Virus record (IMG/VR): IMGVR_UViG_3300043446_004500
Span: 32,001 to 96,000 of that record
Source: a virus
Strand: one strand, 5' to 3'
Length of the DNA stretch: 64,000 nt
Shown: positions 19,974 through 27,591 of the stretch, in pieces
How the letters are laid out: the number at the start of each line of letters is the position of its first letter
How positions within the stretch are numbered: position 1 is the first letter of the stretch
Position numbers and translations under genes: made by a program
The notes under the pieces: generated by a model
What the model saw: only the letters and a program-made list of their open reading frames with translations
Database searches by the model: none
What the model was told of the DNA's origin: nothing

Positions 19974-19986
19974 AAACAAATAAGAA

Positions 19987-20451
19987 ATGAAAACATTTCA
20001 AGAGTTTATTGCAGAAGCAAAAAGAATAAAATTTTATACATTACATCACGGCACTTCTCCTGAAGCAAAAAAATCAATTCAACAATCTGGATTTAGAAAT
20101 TCTGGTTCTGCTGGTGCTTATGGTCCTGGAGTATATACTTCTACTAATAGAAGAGTAGCAAATGTACACGGGAGTAGTACAATAACTATGAGAGTTCCTG
20201 CAAAGAAAGTAAAAACAATGGATATTAAACCTAAATCTCAATCTGGAACTAATGCATTAGATAAAGGTGAAACTGCAGTTAGAATACCAAATGCAGGAAC
20301 AAGAACAAGTGCATATAGAAATCTAAAAGGAAAAAAACATTTTGTTGTAGTTGATAAAGATGTAGCAAATAAAAATGTTGTAAAAAATCCTTCACCTACA
20401 CTTAAATCTGGTAAAGACAAAAGAACAAAAACACAACCAAAGAAAAAATAA
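19987..20451 (+). CDS. ADP-ribosyltransferase-like protein with capsid-targeting leader
   Basis: MKTFQEFIAE leader; HHGTS...I...GF...GAYGPGVYTS NAD-binding motif. Confidence 0.65.
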   Translation: MKTFQEFIAEAKRIKFYTLHHGTSPEAKKSIQQSGFRNSGSAGAYGPGVYTSTNRRVANVHGSSTITMRVPAKKVKTMDIKPKSQSGTNALDKGETAVRIPNAGTRTSAYRNLKGKKHFVVVDKDVANKNVVKNPSPTLKSGKDKRTKTQPKKK

Positions 20452-20507
20452 AACCATTTAATTAACTGGCACATACTATCTTGTTAAGTGTCAGTTAATG
20501 CTTTATA

Positions 20508-20741
20508 ATGACTTTGTTGGTAAAATCTAAAGCATTAGGTGAAGTTATGATTAAAAAGCAATATCCTTTTGTTGAAACTCCTAAACCTGTGAACGAAATG
20601 ACGCAGGATGAATTGACTTATTTTCTCAACAAAAGTTTTCCAGATGGCAAAATAATTCCAGATTACATCGTGACAGAATGGACTATTCCTTGGTGGGCAA
20701 TTGCTTTAGGTTTGCTTGTCTTTATTTTAATCGTATTATGA
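20508..20741 (+). CDS. Small membrane protein
   Basis: C-terminal hydrophobic helix. Confidence 0.55.
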   Translation: MTLLVKSKALGEVMIKKQYPFVETPKPVNEMTQDELTYFLNKSFPDGKIIPDYIVTEWTIPWWAIALGLLVFILIVL

Positions 20742-20804
20742 AATCCAAATATTTTTTAGAGGTAAATAGAATGTGTGAGTTAAGTTCAGTAGAGGAGGGA
20801 GAGT

Positions 20805-21995
20805 GTGAATCCTGTGCAGTTTAAGATTTCTTCCACAGAAGAACCCCAAACAAATATTAAAGGAATGACTGTATTTAATACTGAAAAAGTTGACACTAAA
20901 AAACAACCAATGTTTTTTGGAAAACCTCTTGGAATTCAGAGATACGATTCATACAAATATCCCGTATTTGATAAATTAACAACCCAACAACTTGGATATT
21001 TCTGGAGACCTGAAGAGGTTTCTCTCCAGAAGGATCGTGGAGATTATCAAACACTTCGTCCTGAACAAAAACATATCTATACTTCTAATTTGAAATATCA
21101 GATCATGCTTGATTCTGTTCAGGGTCGTGGTCCTGGTATGGCATTTATTCCATATTGTTCTCTTCCTGAATTGGAAGCATGTATGGAAGTATGGGGATTT
21201 ATGGAGATGATCCATTCACGTTCATACACTTATATCATTAAGAACGTTTATTCGGACCCTTCTGAGGTGTTTGATACTATTATTCAAGATGAACGCATTC
21301 TAGAACGTGCTAAGAGTGTTACGGAGTCATATGATGACTTTATTCAATCAGCACAAAGTTATGGTACATCCAATGCTTGGATGCATAATCTTGAGGGAGT
21401 TTCATATGCAAAGGAATCAATCAACGATGTCAAAAGAAAACTTTACAGGGCAGTTGCGAACGTGAATATCCTTGAGGGTATTCGTTTTTATGTTTCTTTT
21501 GCTTGCAGTTTTGCTTTTGGTGAACTAAAACTCATGGAAGGATCCGCTAAAATCATTTCTCTTATCGCAAGAGACGAAAACCAACATCTAGCAATTACTC
21601 AAAATATTCTAAACAAGTGGAGGGATGGTGACGATCCTGAGATGAAGCAGATTATGAAAGAAGAAGAAGAGTGGACGTATAAGATGTTTGATATTGCTGT
21701 AAATGAAGAAAAGCGTTGGGCAGATTATCTGTTCAAAGATGGAAGTATGATTGGTCTGAATGATAAACTTCTTCAGCAATATGTTGAATGGATTGCTAAT
21801 CGTCGTCTAAAATCTATTGGTCTTAAACCTCAATATGATATTTCGGCAAACAATAACCCTCTTCCATGGACTCAGCACTGGATTTCTTCCAAAGGTCTTC
21901 AGGTTGCTCCACAAGAAACGGAAATCGAAAGTTACGTAGTTGGAGGAATTAAGCAAGATGTTACCAAAAATACTTTTGCAGGATTCCAACTATGA
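20805..21995 (+). CDS. nrdB: Ribonucleotide reductase class Ia beta subunit
   Basis: FWRPEE, EMIHSRSY, LEGIRFYVSF, RDENQH; GTG start with a strong Shine-Dalgarno. Confidence 0.97.
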   Translation: MNPVQFKISSTEEPQTNIKGMTVFNTEKVDTKKQPMFFGKPLGIQRYDSYKYPVFDKLTTQQLGYFWRPEEVSLQKDRGDYQTLRPEQKHIYTSNLKYQIMLDSVQGRGPGMAFIPYCSLPELEACMEVWGFMEMIHSRSYTYIIKNVYSDPSEVFDTIIQDERILERAKSVTESYDDFIQSAQSYGTSNAWMHNLEGVSYAKESINDVKRKLYRAVANVNILEGIRFYVSFACSFAFGELKLMEGSAKIISLIARDENQHLAITQNILNKWRDGDDPEMKQIMKEEEEWTYKMFDIAVNEEKRWADYLFKDGSMIGLNDKLLQQYVEWIANRRLKSIGLKPQYDISANNNPLPWTQHWISSKGLQVAPQETEIESYVVGGIKQDVTKNTFAGFQL

Positions 21996-22134
21996 TGAAT
22001 GGTGCGAACAGGCAATCATAAATGCCTATAGAGAGGCTGCAGAATGTGATGAGTTTATGTTCGGAGATTATGACTTTTGTAACGAATGGTTGGGTGCAAA
22101 TGAATAGATATAGGAGGTTATACCTCCTTTTTTT

Positions 22135-22290
22135 ATGTCAAAAAATCAACTTACAAAAGATGAATTAAGAGTTCGTGTTTTAAAACTAAAAGATAGATTA
22201 TATAAAGATCAACCAAGTTGGGACTCTAAAGGTCTTGCCCATAAATATCTGAATGCAGTTCTTGACATAATTGATGAGTACAGATATTGA
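22135..22290 (+). CDS. 51-aa hypothetical protein
   Basis: Manual translation MSKNQLTKDEL...AHKYLNAVLD. Confidence 0.6.
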   Translation: MSKNQLTKDELRVRVLKLKDRLYKDQPSWDSKGLAHKYLNAVLDIIDEYRY

Positions 22291-22717
22291 CTATGAGAAT
22301 CCTTGGAACTATAATGGAGTTCCATTTACTAGTGCAGACATTAATGATTATTTTGGGTTTGTTTATTTGATAGAAAATAAACTGAATGGTAGAAAATATA
22401 TTGGCAGAAAATATCTATGGAGTTTTAGAACTCCTAAAGGTAAAAAAAGAAAAGTAAAATCAGAATCAGATTGGAAAAAATACTATGGGTCTTGTCCGGA
22501 ACTTAAAGAAGACATTGAAAAATTTGGCAGAGAAAATTTTAGTAGAACTATCTTATCATTACATAAAACAAAGGGCAAAACAAACTACGAAGAGACACGA
22601 CAACTTTTCACAAATAACGTACTCACGGAGTCCCTTGACAACGGATATCCAGCCTATTACAATAGTAACATCCTCTCAAGGTACTACCGAAAAGATTACT
22701 ATGGAAACCCAGATTGA
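22271..22717 (+). CDS. GIY-YIG family nuclease (short, conserved T4-like type)
   Basis: FGFVYLIEN...KYIGRK...ESDWKKYYGS...YYNSNI. Confidence 0.8.
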   Translation: MMSTDIDYENPWNYNGVPFTSADINDYFGFVYLIENKLNGRKYIGRKYLWSFRTPKGKKRKVKSESDWKKYYGSCPELKEDIEKFGRENFSRTILSLHKTKGKTNYEETRQLFTNNVLTESLDNGYPAYYNSNILSRYYRKDYYGNPD

Positions 22718-22910
22718 TCCTGTTAATTATGTTCGTGACTGGGCAATTGAAAAAATTGAACTTCTGCATGAAGCAGATCGTCACAGGAATGCAAAAGCAC
22801 TTCTAGCAGAGTTTGATGAGTGGATTAATCTTCCAGAAGGTGAAGATGAAATCAATTATCTGTGCCTTGAAGATGATACATGGGGTGATCAAGAAATTGA
22901 TGTACGGTAA
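22701..22910 (+). CDS. Hypothetical protein
   Basis: ATG at 22701 (METQIDPV), overlapping the upstream stop. Confidence 0.6.
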   Translation: METQIDPVNYVRDWAIEKIELLHEADRHRNAKALLAEFDEWINLPEGEDEINYLCLEDDTWGDQEIDVR

Positions 22911-23015
22911 ACCAAATTATTGACAAAACCTAAATATTAACTTATTATGGTAAAAACCGATCTAGGTTCCCCATTATGAGTGGGGTTTTCTTATTATGAG
23001 TCTTTGATATTGATT

Positions 23016-23083
23016 TAGAGCCGTGGGCACTGCCCCTTGAGAAAGGGGAACTTCTCCTTTGCCTATACGGATGTAGAGTTCTA
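23016..23083 (+). promoter_or_regulatory. Structured 5' leader (candidate riboswitch) upstream of the rlpA-like gene
   Basis: Nested stems TAGAGC/GTTCTA, CCGT/ACGG, GGGCA/TGCCT and CCCCTT-GAGA-AAGGGG. Confidence 0.5.
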
Positions 23084-23092
23084 TTAATTTTA

Positions 23093-23455
23093 ATGCTTTT
23101 AAAAACACTTTCAATTATTGCTATTGCCACTGTAGGACTAGCACCCCTTCAAGCAAAAGCAGCGAGCGGATGTTCCCTCGCATCACATTATGGAATCGGT
23201 GATGGATATCATGGCAGAATTACTGCAAGTGGAGAAACATTCAATGCTTATGGTAAATCTGTTGCACATCGTTGGTTGCCATTTGGTACGAAACTGAGGG
23301 TGACTAATCAATCAAATGGTAAATCAGTGATTGTGCGTGTAAATGATCGTGGACCTTATGTTGGTGGCAGAGATCTTGATCTATCATATGGTGCATTCTC
23401 TTCTATTGCTTCACCAAGTCAAGGCGTTGCCAACATTTGCTATGCTCAGATCTAA
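23093..23455 (+). CDS. rlpA: RlpA-like lytic transglycosylase (DPBB domain)
   Basis: Signal peptide; TASGE, AHRWLPFGT, VRVNDRGP, DLS. Confidence 0.9.
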   Translation: MLLKTLSIIAIATVGLAPLQAKAASGCSLASHYGIGDGYHGRITASGETFNAYGKSVAHRWLPFGTKLRVTNQSNGKSVIVRVNDRGPYVGGRDLDLSYGAFSSIASPSQGVANICYAQI

Positions 23456-23534
23456 TTAGGTAATAAATAAGGGTGAGTGCTGCAGACCTTACCCTTTCTT
23501 AGTATATAAATAATTTTTTTTAAATTGGAGTATT

Positions 23535-23726
23535 ATGTCGGATACCGTACAAAAAATGCTTGAGGCATTTGAAAATTTGAAAATTGAAGATGAAAAATTT
23601 GTAAATGGTAATAGTTCTGCTGGAACTAGAGCACGTAAAGCACTTCAAGAAATTGCACAACTTGCAAAAGCACGTAGAGTAGAAATTACAGAGGAGAAGA
23701 ATGCTCGTAAAGGAGCAAATACCTGA
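23535..23726 (+). CDS. Small histone H1-like (Hc1-type) protein
   Basis: GNSSAGTRARKALQEI...RVEI. Confidence 0.65.
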   Translation: MSDTVQKMLEAFENLKIEDEKFVNGNSSAGTRARKALQEIAQLAKARRVEITEEKNARKGANT

Positions 23727-23764
23727 ACCATAAATACATGGGAGTGTGATGCTTTTCTTTCCTT

Positions 23765-24163
23765 ATGTTCAAATTTAGTTTTGGAAAAAAGAAAGCAACA
23801 ATAAAAACAATACTTATACTTAGTTTAATAGTTGCAGCACTCTCTTCTTTTTTTAAAATTGAAGACAAATATATTTGGGATATTATTTACGAAACCTTAG
23901 TAAAGTATCAACCAGATTCTCCACTTATACCAGAATTGCAGAAAGATTCTGGTATAGTGGAAAGAAAATCAAAAAGAACCGTTGATAAAGCAATCTATGA
24001 TTATGAACGGTTGACAGGGGACGATGGAACTGTTAGAATTCCATCACCACGACATTCGGAGAAACCAGTAGACACCTCTGTGTGCTACACTTCCGAATGT
24101 CAGGCATTAGGAGGAGAAATCCGACTCTGTGCTCCTTGGGTTGACGACTGCCCTAAGGACTGA
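23765..24163 (+). CDS. Hypothetical protein with N-terminal TM helix and Cys-rich C terminus
   Basis: CYTSECQALGGEIRLCAPW. Confidence 0.7.
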   Translation: MFKFSFGKKKATIKTILILSLIVAALSSFFKIEDKYIWDIIYETLVKYQPDSPLIPELQKDSGIVERKSKRTVDKAIYDYERLTGDDGTVRIPSPRHSEKPVDTSVCYTSECQALGGEIRLCAPWVDDCPKD

Positions 24164-24169
24164 TATAAT
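24141..24169 (+). promoter_or_regulatory. Sigma70-type promoter for the tRNA cluster
   Basis: TTGACG - 17 nt - TATAAT. Confidence 0.7.
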
Positions 24170-24255
24170 AATCTCACAGGCAACAGGGGTCCAAACCTTG
24201 TGTAAGTCCTACACCTTCCATGCCTCTCAACGATGCACAAACAGGAAGGTCTCTT

Positions 24256-24329
24256 GTCTCAGTAGCTCAGTTGGATAGAGCATCTGCCTTCTAAGCAGTT
24301 GGTCGGGGGTTCAAGTCCCTCCTGAGACG
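24256..24329 (+). tRNA. tRNA-Arg(UCU)
   Basis: Cloverleaf, acceptor GTCTCAG/CTGAGAC, anticodon loop CT-TCT-AA. Confidence 0.93.
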
Positions 24330-24369
24330 TTTGACAATCAAACTTAAGTAGTTTATGATTGTCTCATAT

Positions 24370-24441
24370 GCGGAGTTAGTTCAGCGGTAGAACGCTATCC
24401 TTCCAAGTTAGATGTCGTCGGTTCGATTCCGATACTCCGCT
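24370..24441 (+). tRNA. tRNA-Gly(UCC)
   Basis: Acceptor GCGGAGT/ACTCCGC, anticodon loop CT-TCC-AA. Confidence 0.92.
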
Positions 24442-24499
24442 CTTGGAGATTATTCTCCATATATAAAAGTGATGGAGCATAAGTCCCTGTTATATTCTT

Positions 24500-24718
24500 A
24501 TGAAGTATATTACACTTATGTCATCAATCTTATTCTTTATGAAGGAAGAAGTTAATTCTATAAACATCGCAAGACTTCTAAGTGAACTTGAAGGTTCATA
24601 TGTCCTCACCAAATATATGGGATTTGAGGATGATATGAAAATTCTTGACGAAATGAAAAAACGATTTTATAAACTTTATTTCAAACTTTATAAAGAAGAA
24701 AAAAATAATGGGGTGTAG
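24500..24718 (+). CDS. Hypothetical protein (start may be 24539)
   Basis: ORF between tRNAs; 3' end overlaps tRNA-Asn. Confidence 0.5.
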   Translation: MKYITLMSSILFFMKEEVNSINIARLLSELEGSYVLTKYMGFEDDMKILDEMKKRFYKLYFKLYKEEKNNGV

Positions 24719-24781
24719 CTCAGCGGTAGTAGCGGGATGCTGTTAACATCTAGGTCGCAGGTTCGATCCCTGCCGCCCCAG
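24709..24781 (+). tRNA. tRNA-Asn(GUU)
   Basis: Acceptor TGGGGTG/CGCCCCA, anticodon loop CT-GTT-AA. Confidence 0.9.
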
Positions 24782-24782
24782 T

Positions 24783-24966
24783 TGATAGGGTTGGAAATGT
24801 CCGATTCTATCATATTTTCACCGCCCTCTAATGCGGTGAAAATTGCGGAAAGTGTCTTCCGCTGGTGATGGGCACTCATCACCGTTCTGTAGGTGCCAAA
24901 TACCCCTTCTGGTTACGACTGGAAGAAGTAAAGAGGGAGAACATAGGTAAAGTTCTTTCCACCTAC
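24783..24966 (+). ncRNA. Highly structured non-coding RNA of unknown family
   Basis: Four consecutive hairpins plus a multibranch domain; complementary loops AGTGTC/GGCACT. Confidence 0.65.
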
Positions 24967-24970
24967 CATA

Positions 24971-25046
24971 TCCTCTGCGTAGTCCATTGGTAAGGACGGG
25001 TGGACAACACACATGGAAACTGGGTTCGATTCCCAGCCAGAGGACA
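24971..25046 (+). ncRNA. tRNA-like element with non-canonical anticodon arm
   Basis: TCCTCTG/CAGAGGA stem, D-like GTCC/GGAC arm, perfect T arm CTGGG-TTCGATT-CCCAG. Confidence 0.65.
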
Positions 25047-25047
25047 C

Positions 25048-25120
25048 GGGGAATTAACTCAGTTGGTAGAGTGACAGCTTTGCAAGCTGTAAGTCAGGGG
25101 TTCAAGTCCCCTATTCTCCA
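25048..25120 (+). tRNA. tRNA-Ala(UGC)
   Basis: Acceptor GGGGAAT/ATTCTCC with G3:U70; anticodon loop TT-TGC-AA. Confidence 0.93.
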
Positions 25121-25147
25121 TTGCATAAATATTTCAAAAAGAGTATA

Positions 25148-25657
25148 ATGGAAAAACTGTTTAAACTCTTAAGTGATGCTCAGGCATCACTTTTTGTTCT
25201 ATTTCATAAAACTTGGGTTTATCATTGGAATGTTGTTGGAAAAGATTTCCAGCAACTTCATACTCTTTTTGGTGGTCAGTATGAGACTATGTTTGAGGAG
25301 ATTGATCGTCTCTCAGAACATATGAGATACTTGAATGTAAAACCTTTGAGTAGTTTAGATCGTGTTCTTGAGGTTTCTAAAATTAAAGAAGCATCAAGTT
25401 CTGCGAATTCTGAGAGTATGATCTCAGATCTTCTTCAATCAAATAATGATTTTTGTGATATGATGAGAGGAATATCTGAAGAAGCAGAAACTCAAAAACA
25501 GTATGCTACAGCAAATCTAGTTCAGGATTTAATGGAGTCTCACGGTAAGTTTGTTTGGATGCTTCGTTCATTCTCAGATTCTGGATCTAAAAAAGTTCAA
25601 GAAGAAGTGGAGGAAGTTGTTGAAGAACAAATAAAAGAAGAAACAACTGAAGAATAA
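25148..25657 (+). CDS. dps: Dps-family mini-ferritin
   Basis: HWNVVGKDFQQLHTLF...EIDRLSEHMR...KFVWML. Confidence 0.9.
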   Translation: MEKLFKLLSDAQASLFVLFHKTWVYHWNVVGKDFQQLHTLFGGQYETMFEEIDRLSEHMRYLNVKPLSSLDRVLEVSKIKEASSSANSESMISDLLQSNNDFCDMMRGISEEAETQKQYATANLVQDLMESHGKFVWMLRSFSDSGSKKVQEEVEEVVEEQIKEETTEE

Positions 25658-25665
25658 TTAGGATT

Positions 25666-25923
25666 ATGGAAAACTTAAAAATAAGATGCCGTACTTGCGG
25701 CAGAGAGTTGGAGGGACATCCAACAAAAACAATATCTTGTGGTTGCTCCAACATGGCAACAATTCGTGGAGATAAGATTTCGGCACTTGACTTATCTCAA
25801 ATTGTTATGTTAAACTCATTGAAGCAAAATCAAAACAAAAGTGTCCTAACTTCTCAAGATATTGCTTGGCAAGAAGCACGTCGTCAACGTAAAGTTAGAC
25901 GACTTGATTTTGAAGTCCGTTAA
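25666..25923 (+). CDS. Conserved Zn-finger-like hypothetical protein
   Basis: CRTC...CGCSN; RKVRRLDFEVR. Confidence 0.75.
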   Translation: MENLKIRCRTCGRELEGHPTKTISCGCSNMATIRGDKISALDLSQIVMLNSLKQNQNKSVLTSQDIAWQEARRQRKVRRLDFEVR

Positions 25924-25935
25924 GCACTTAATATT

Positions 25936-26022
25936 GGAAGCGTGGCAGAGTCCGGTTTATTGCGTTTGTCTTGAAAACAAATGAGGGTAACACCTCCACT
26001 GGTTCAAATCCAGTCGCTTCCG
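25936..26022 (+). tRNA. tRNA-Ser(UGA)
   Basis: Long variable arm; anticodon loop CT-TGA-AA. Confidence 0.93.
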
Positions 26023-26135
26023 TTAATAAACATTATAAATTTAACATTTTCTTAAACAGTGTTACGTAATGAACACAATTTGTTGACGATGAAAAGTCTG
26101 TGATTAGTATATAGTAGTACTAACGCAAAAAACCC

Positions 26136-26285
26136 ATGGATCAGCATACTTATGAGAACTGGGTAAAAATTAAAGCAACATTTGAAGAATCGGGTAACAC
26201 TGATAATATGTTTTATAAGAGAGCAGTGGAAATTGTAAAAACGAGGAGAGATCCTCTGGCAAAGTTTCTTGGAGATGAGAAATAA
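26136..26285 (+). CDS. 49-aa hypothetical protein
   Basis: Manual translation MDQHTYENWVKIK...FYKRA. Confidence 0.7.
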   Translation: MDQHTYENWVKIKATFEESGNTDNMFYKRAVEIVKTRRDPLAKFLGDEK

Positions 26286-26488
26286 TGATGGAACCTCAAG
26301 ACGAATTTATTACTCGTTCAGAAGTTCAGGAGATGATTGATGCAGCAATACGACGACACAACCGTAATGCTTCTATCATTAGTATGTGCGTCGGTTGGGT
26401 GGTTCTTGCTTTATTTGCTGAAGGACTACTCCGATTGATTGGTGTGATTCCCCCAATTCTACCTTGGCTTAAAATCACTTTAAACTAA
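26285..26488 (+). CDS. Small membrane protein
   Basis: EMIDAAIRRHNRNA followed by a TM helix. Confidence 0.75.
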   Translation: MMEPQDEFITRSEVQEMIDAAIRRHNRNASIISMCVGWVVLALFAEGLLRLIGVIPPILPWLKITLN

Positions 26489-26592
26489 TGTCAGAAGAAG
26501 ATTTAGAAGAACTATTAAAAAGAGTTTTACAACAAAAAATGAATGAACTTTTTGAAGAACCTTCTACATACGAGGACGAAGAAGATGAATAG
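26488..26592 (+). CDS. 34-aa acidic microprotein
   Basis: TAATG coupling; ELFEEPSTYEDE. Confidence 0.5.
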   Translation: MSEEDLEELLKRVLQQKMNELFEEPSTYEDEEDE

Positions 26593-26674
26593 TACCATAT
26601 ATACAGCAATGACAATTTTTGGTATAATAGGATTGTTCATTATTTGGGCACTTACTCACGCATATCCACAATGA
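26585..26674 (+). CDS. 29-aa membrane microprotein
   Basis: MNSTIYTAMTIFGIIGLFIIWALTHAYPQ. Confidence 0.5.
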   Translation: MNSTIYTAMTIFGIIGLFIIWALTHAYPQ

Positions 26675-26787
26675 TTTTCCATATCGTTGAAGCACTCGCA
26701 GTAAATCCTTTCTTTCTTTTTCTTTGCGGGTGTGGGTTGACAATCATTCCATTTGCTGGTATTATGTATATACATAGAGATAAGTAA
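26671..26787 (+). CDS. 38-aa membrane microprotein
   Basis: ATGA overlap; stop abuts tRNA-Pro. Confidence 0.55.
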   Translation: MIFHIVEALAVNPFFLFLCGCGLTIIPFAGIMYIHRDK

Positions 26788-26861
26788 CCGGGTTTAGCGC
26801 AGTTTGGTAGCGCATCTGCTTTGGGAGCAGAGGGTCGCAGGTTCGAATCCTGCAACTCGGA
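26788..26861 (+). tRNA. tRNA-Pro(UGG)
   Basis: Cloverleaf; anticodon loop TT-TGG-GA. Confidence 0.93.
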
Positions 26862-26877
26862 CTCATAAAATTACTTT

Positions 26878-27111
26878 ATGAAAATGAATCAAGAAATCGA
26901 AAAACTTCCATCCTTTACAATTGAAGAGTTTCAAGTAGATTTTGATAATCTTATGAATAGAGTGGAAAACGGAGAAACACTACTTATTAAAAGTGAACAC
27001 GGAAACGCAGTAATGGTTCCTTATAAAGAAGTCGTTAGTGTATGTAATGAAGCAAGTGTGGATTTTGAAGAGATAGTTAAAATCCACACAGACCACGAAG
27101 AAGGGTCTTGA
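26878..27111 (+). CDS. Phd/YefM-like small protein
   Basis: FTIEEFQVDFDNLMNRVENGETLLI...AVMVP. Confidence 0.55.
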   Translation: MKMNQEIEKLPSFTIEEFQVDFDNLMNRVENGETLLIKSEHGNAVMVPYKEVVSVCNEASVDFEEIVKIHTDHEEGS

Positions 27112-27149
27112 CGAAGGGTTCCAAATCTCCTACAATGATTTGGTCTTAA

Positions 27150-27221
27150 GGGGGTGTCGCATAAAGGTCAATGCGCTCTGCTTATAACGGAGTCATCCTG
27201 GTTCAAGTCCAGGCATCCCTA
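27150..27221 (+). tRNA. tRNA-Ile(UAU)
   Basis: Anticodon arm CTCTG-CTTATAA-CGGAG; T arm CCTGG-TTCAAGT-CCAGG. Confidence 0.85.
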
Positions 27222-27225
27222 CCTT

Positions 27226-27298
27226 GCTGGTTTAGCTCTCTGGAGAAAGCACTGCCCTCATAAGGCAAGATAGGTCGGTTCGATCCCGACAACCAGCA
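27226..27298 (+). tRNA. tRNA with CAU anticodon (elongator Met or lysidine-Ile2)
   Basis: Acceptor GCTGGTT/AACCAGC; anticodon loop CT-CAT-AA. Confidence 0.85.
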
Positions 27299-27375
27299 CT
27301 TGGACACTTACCAAAGTGTCCCACTTGACTTTCCCAAGTCAAACTTTTATAATAACAAGGTCAACATTCAAAACA

Positions 27376-27591
27376 ATGACTCTTACAGCAAAATTCAAGA
27401 AAGACGTTCAAACTCTTCGTGGTGCCGCAAATGGCGAATTCTACCTTGATGTGAAGAATCCAAAACTCTACAAAAAGGTTCGTCGTTATTATGAAAACGA
27501 AGGTGTAGTTTTCTCTGGTGATCCTCTGGATGATTATGAGATGCTTATGGAATATGTTCTTGCTGATCTTGAATCTGTAGAAGTGGCATGA
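27376..27591 (+). CDS. Conserved cyanophage hypothetical protein
   Basis: LDVKNPKLYKKVRRYYE; TTGACT - 17 nt - TATAAT promoter upstream. Confidence 0.75.
   Translation: MTLTAKFKKDVQTLRGAANGEFYLDVKNPKLYKKVRRYYENEGVVFSGDPLDDYEMLMEYVLADLESVEVA

Noticed and set aside
1769-21995. Inteins or introns in gp43, nrdA or nrdB
   Set aside because: Lengths and motif spacing are normal and uninterrupted
24688-25012. Minus-strand ORFs in the tRNA region (also 26652..26855)
   Set aside because: They overlap tRNAs or structured RNA on the opposite strand
24783-25046. tmRNA, RNase P RNA or an intron-split tRNA
   Set aside because: No Ala-type G3:U70 acceptor with tag ORF, no RNase P P4 signature, no group I core elements
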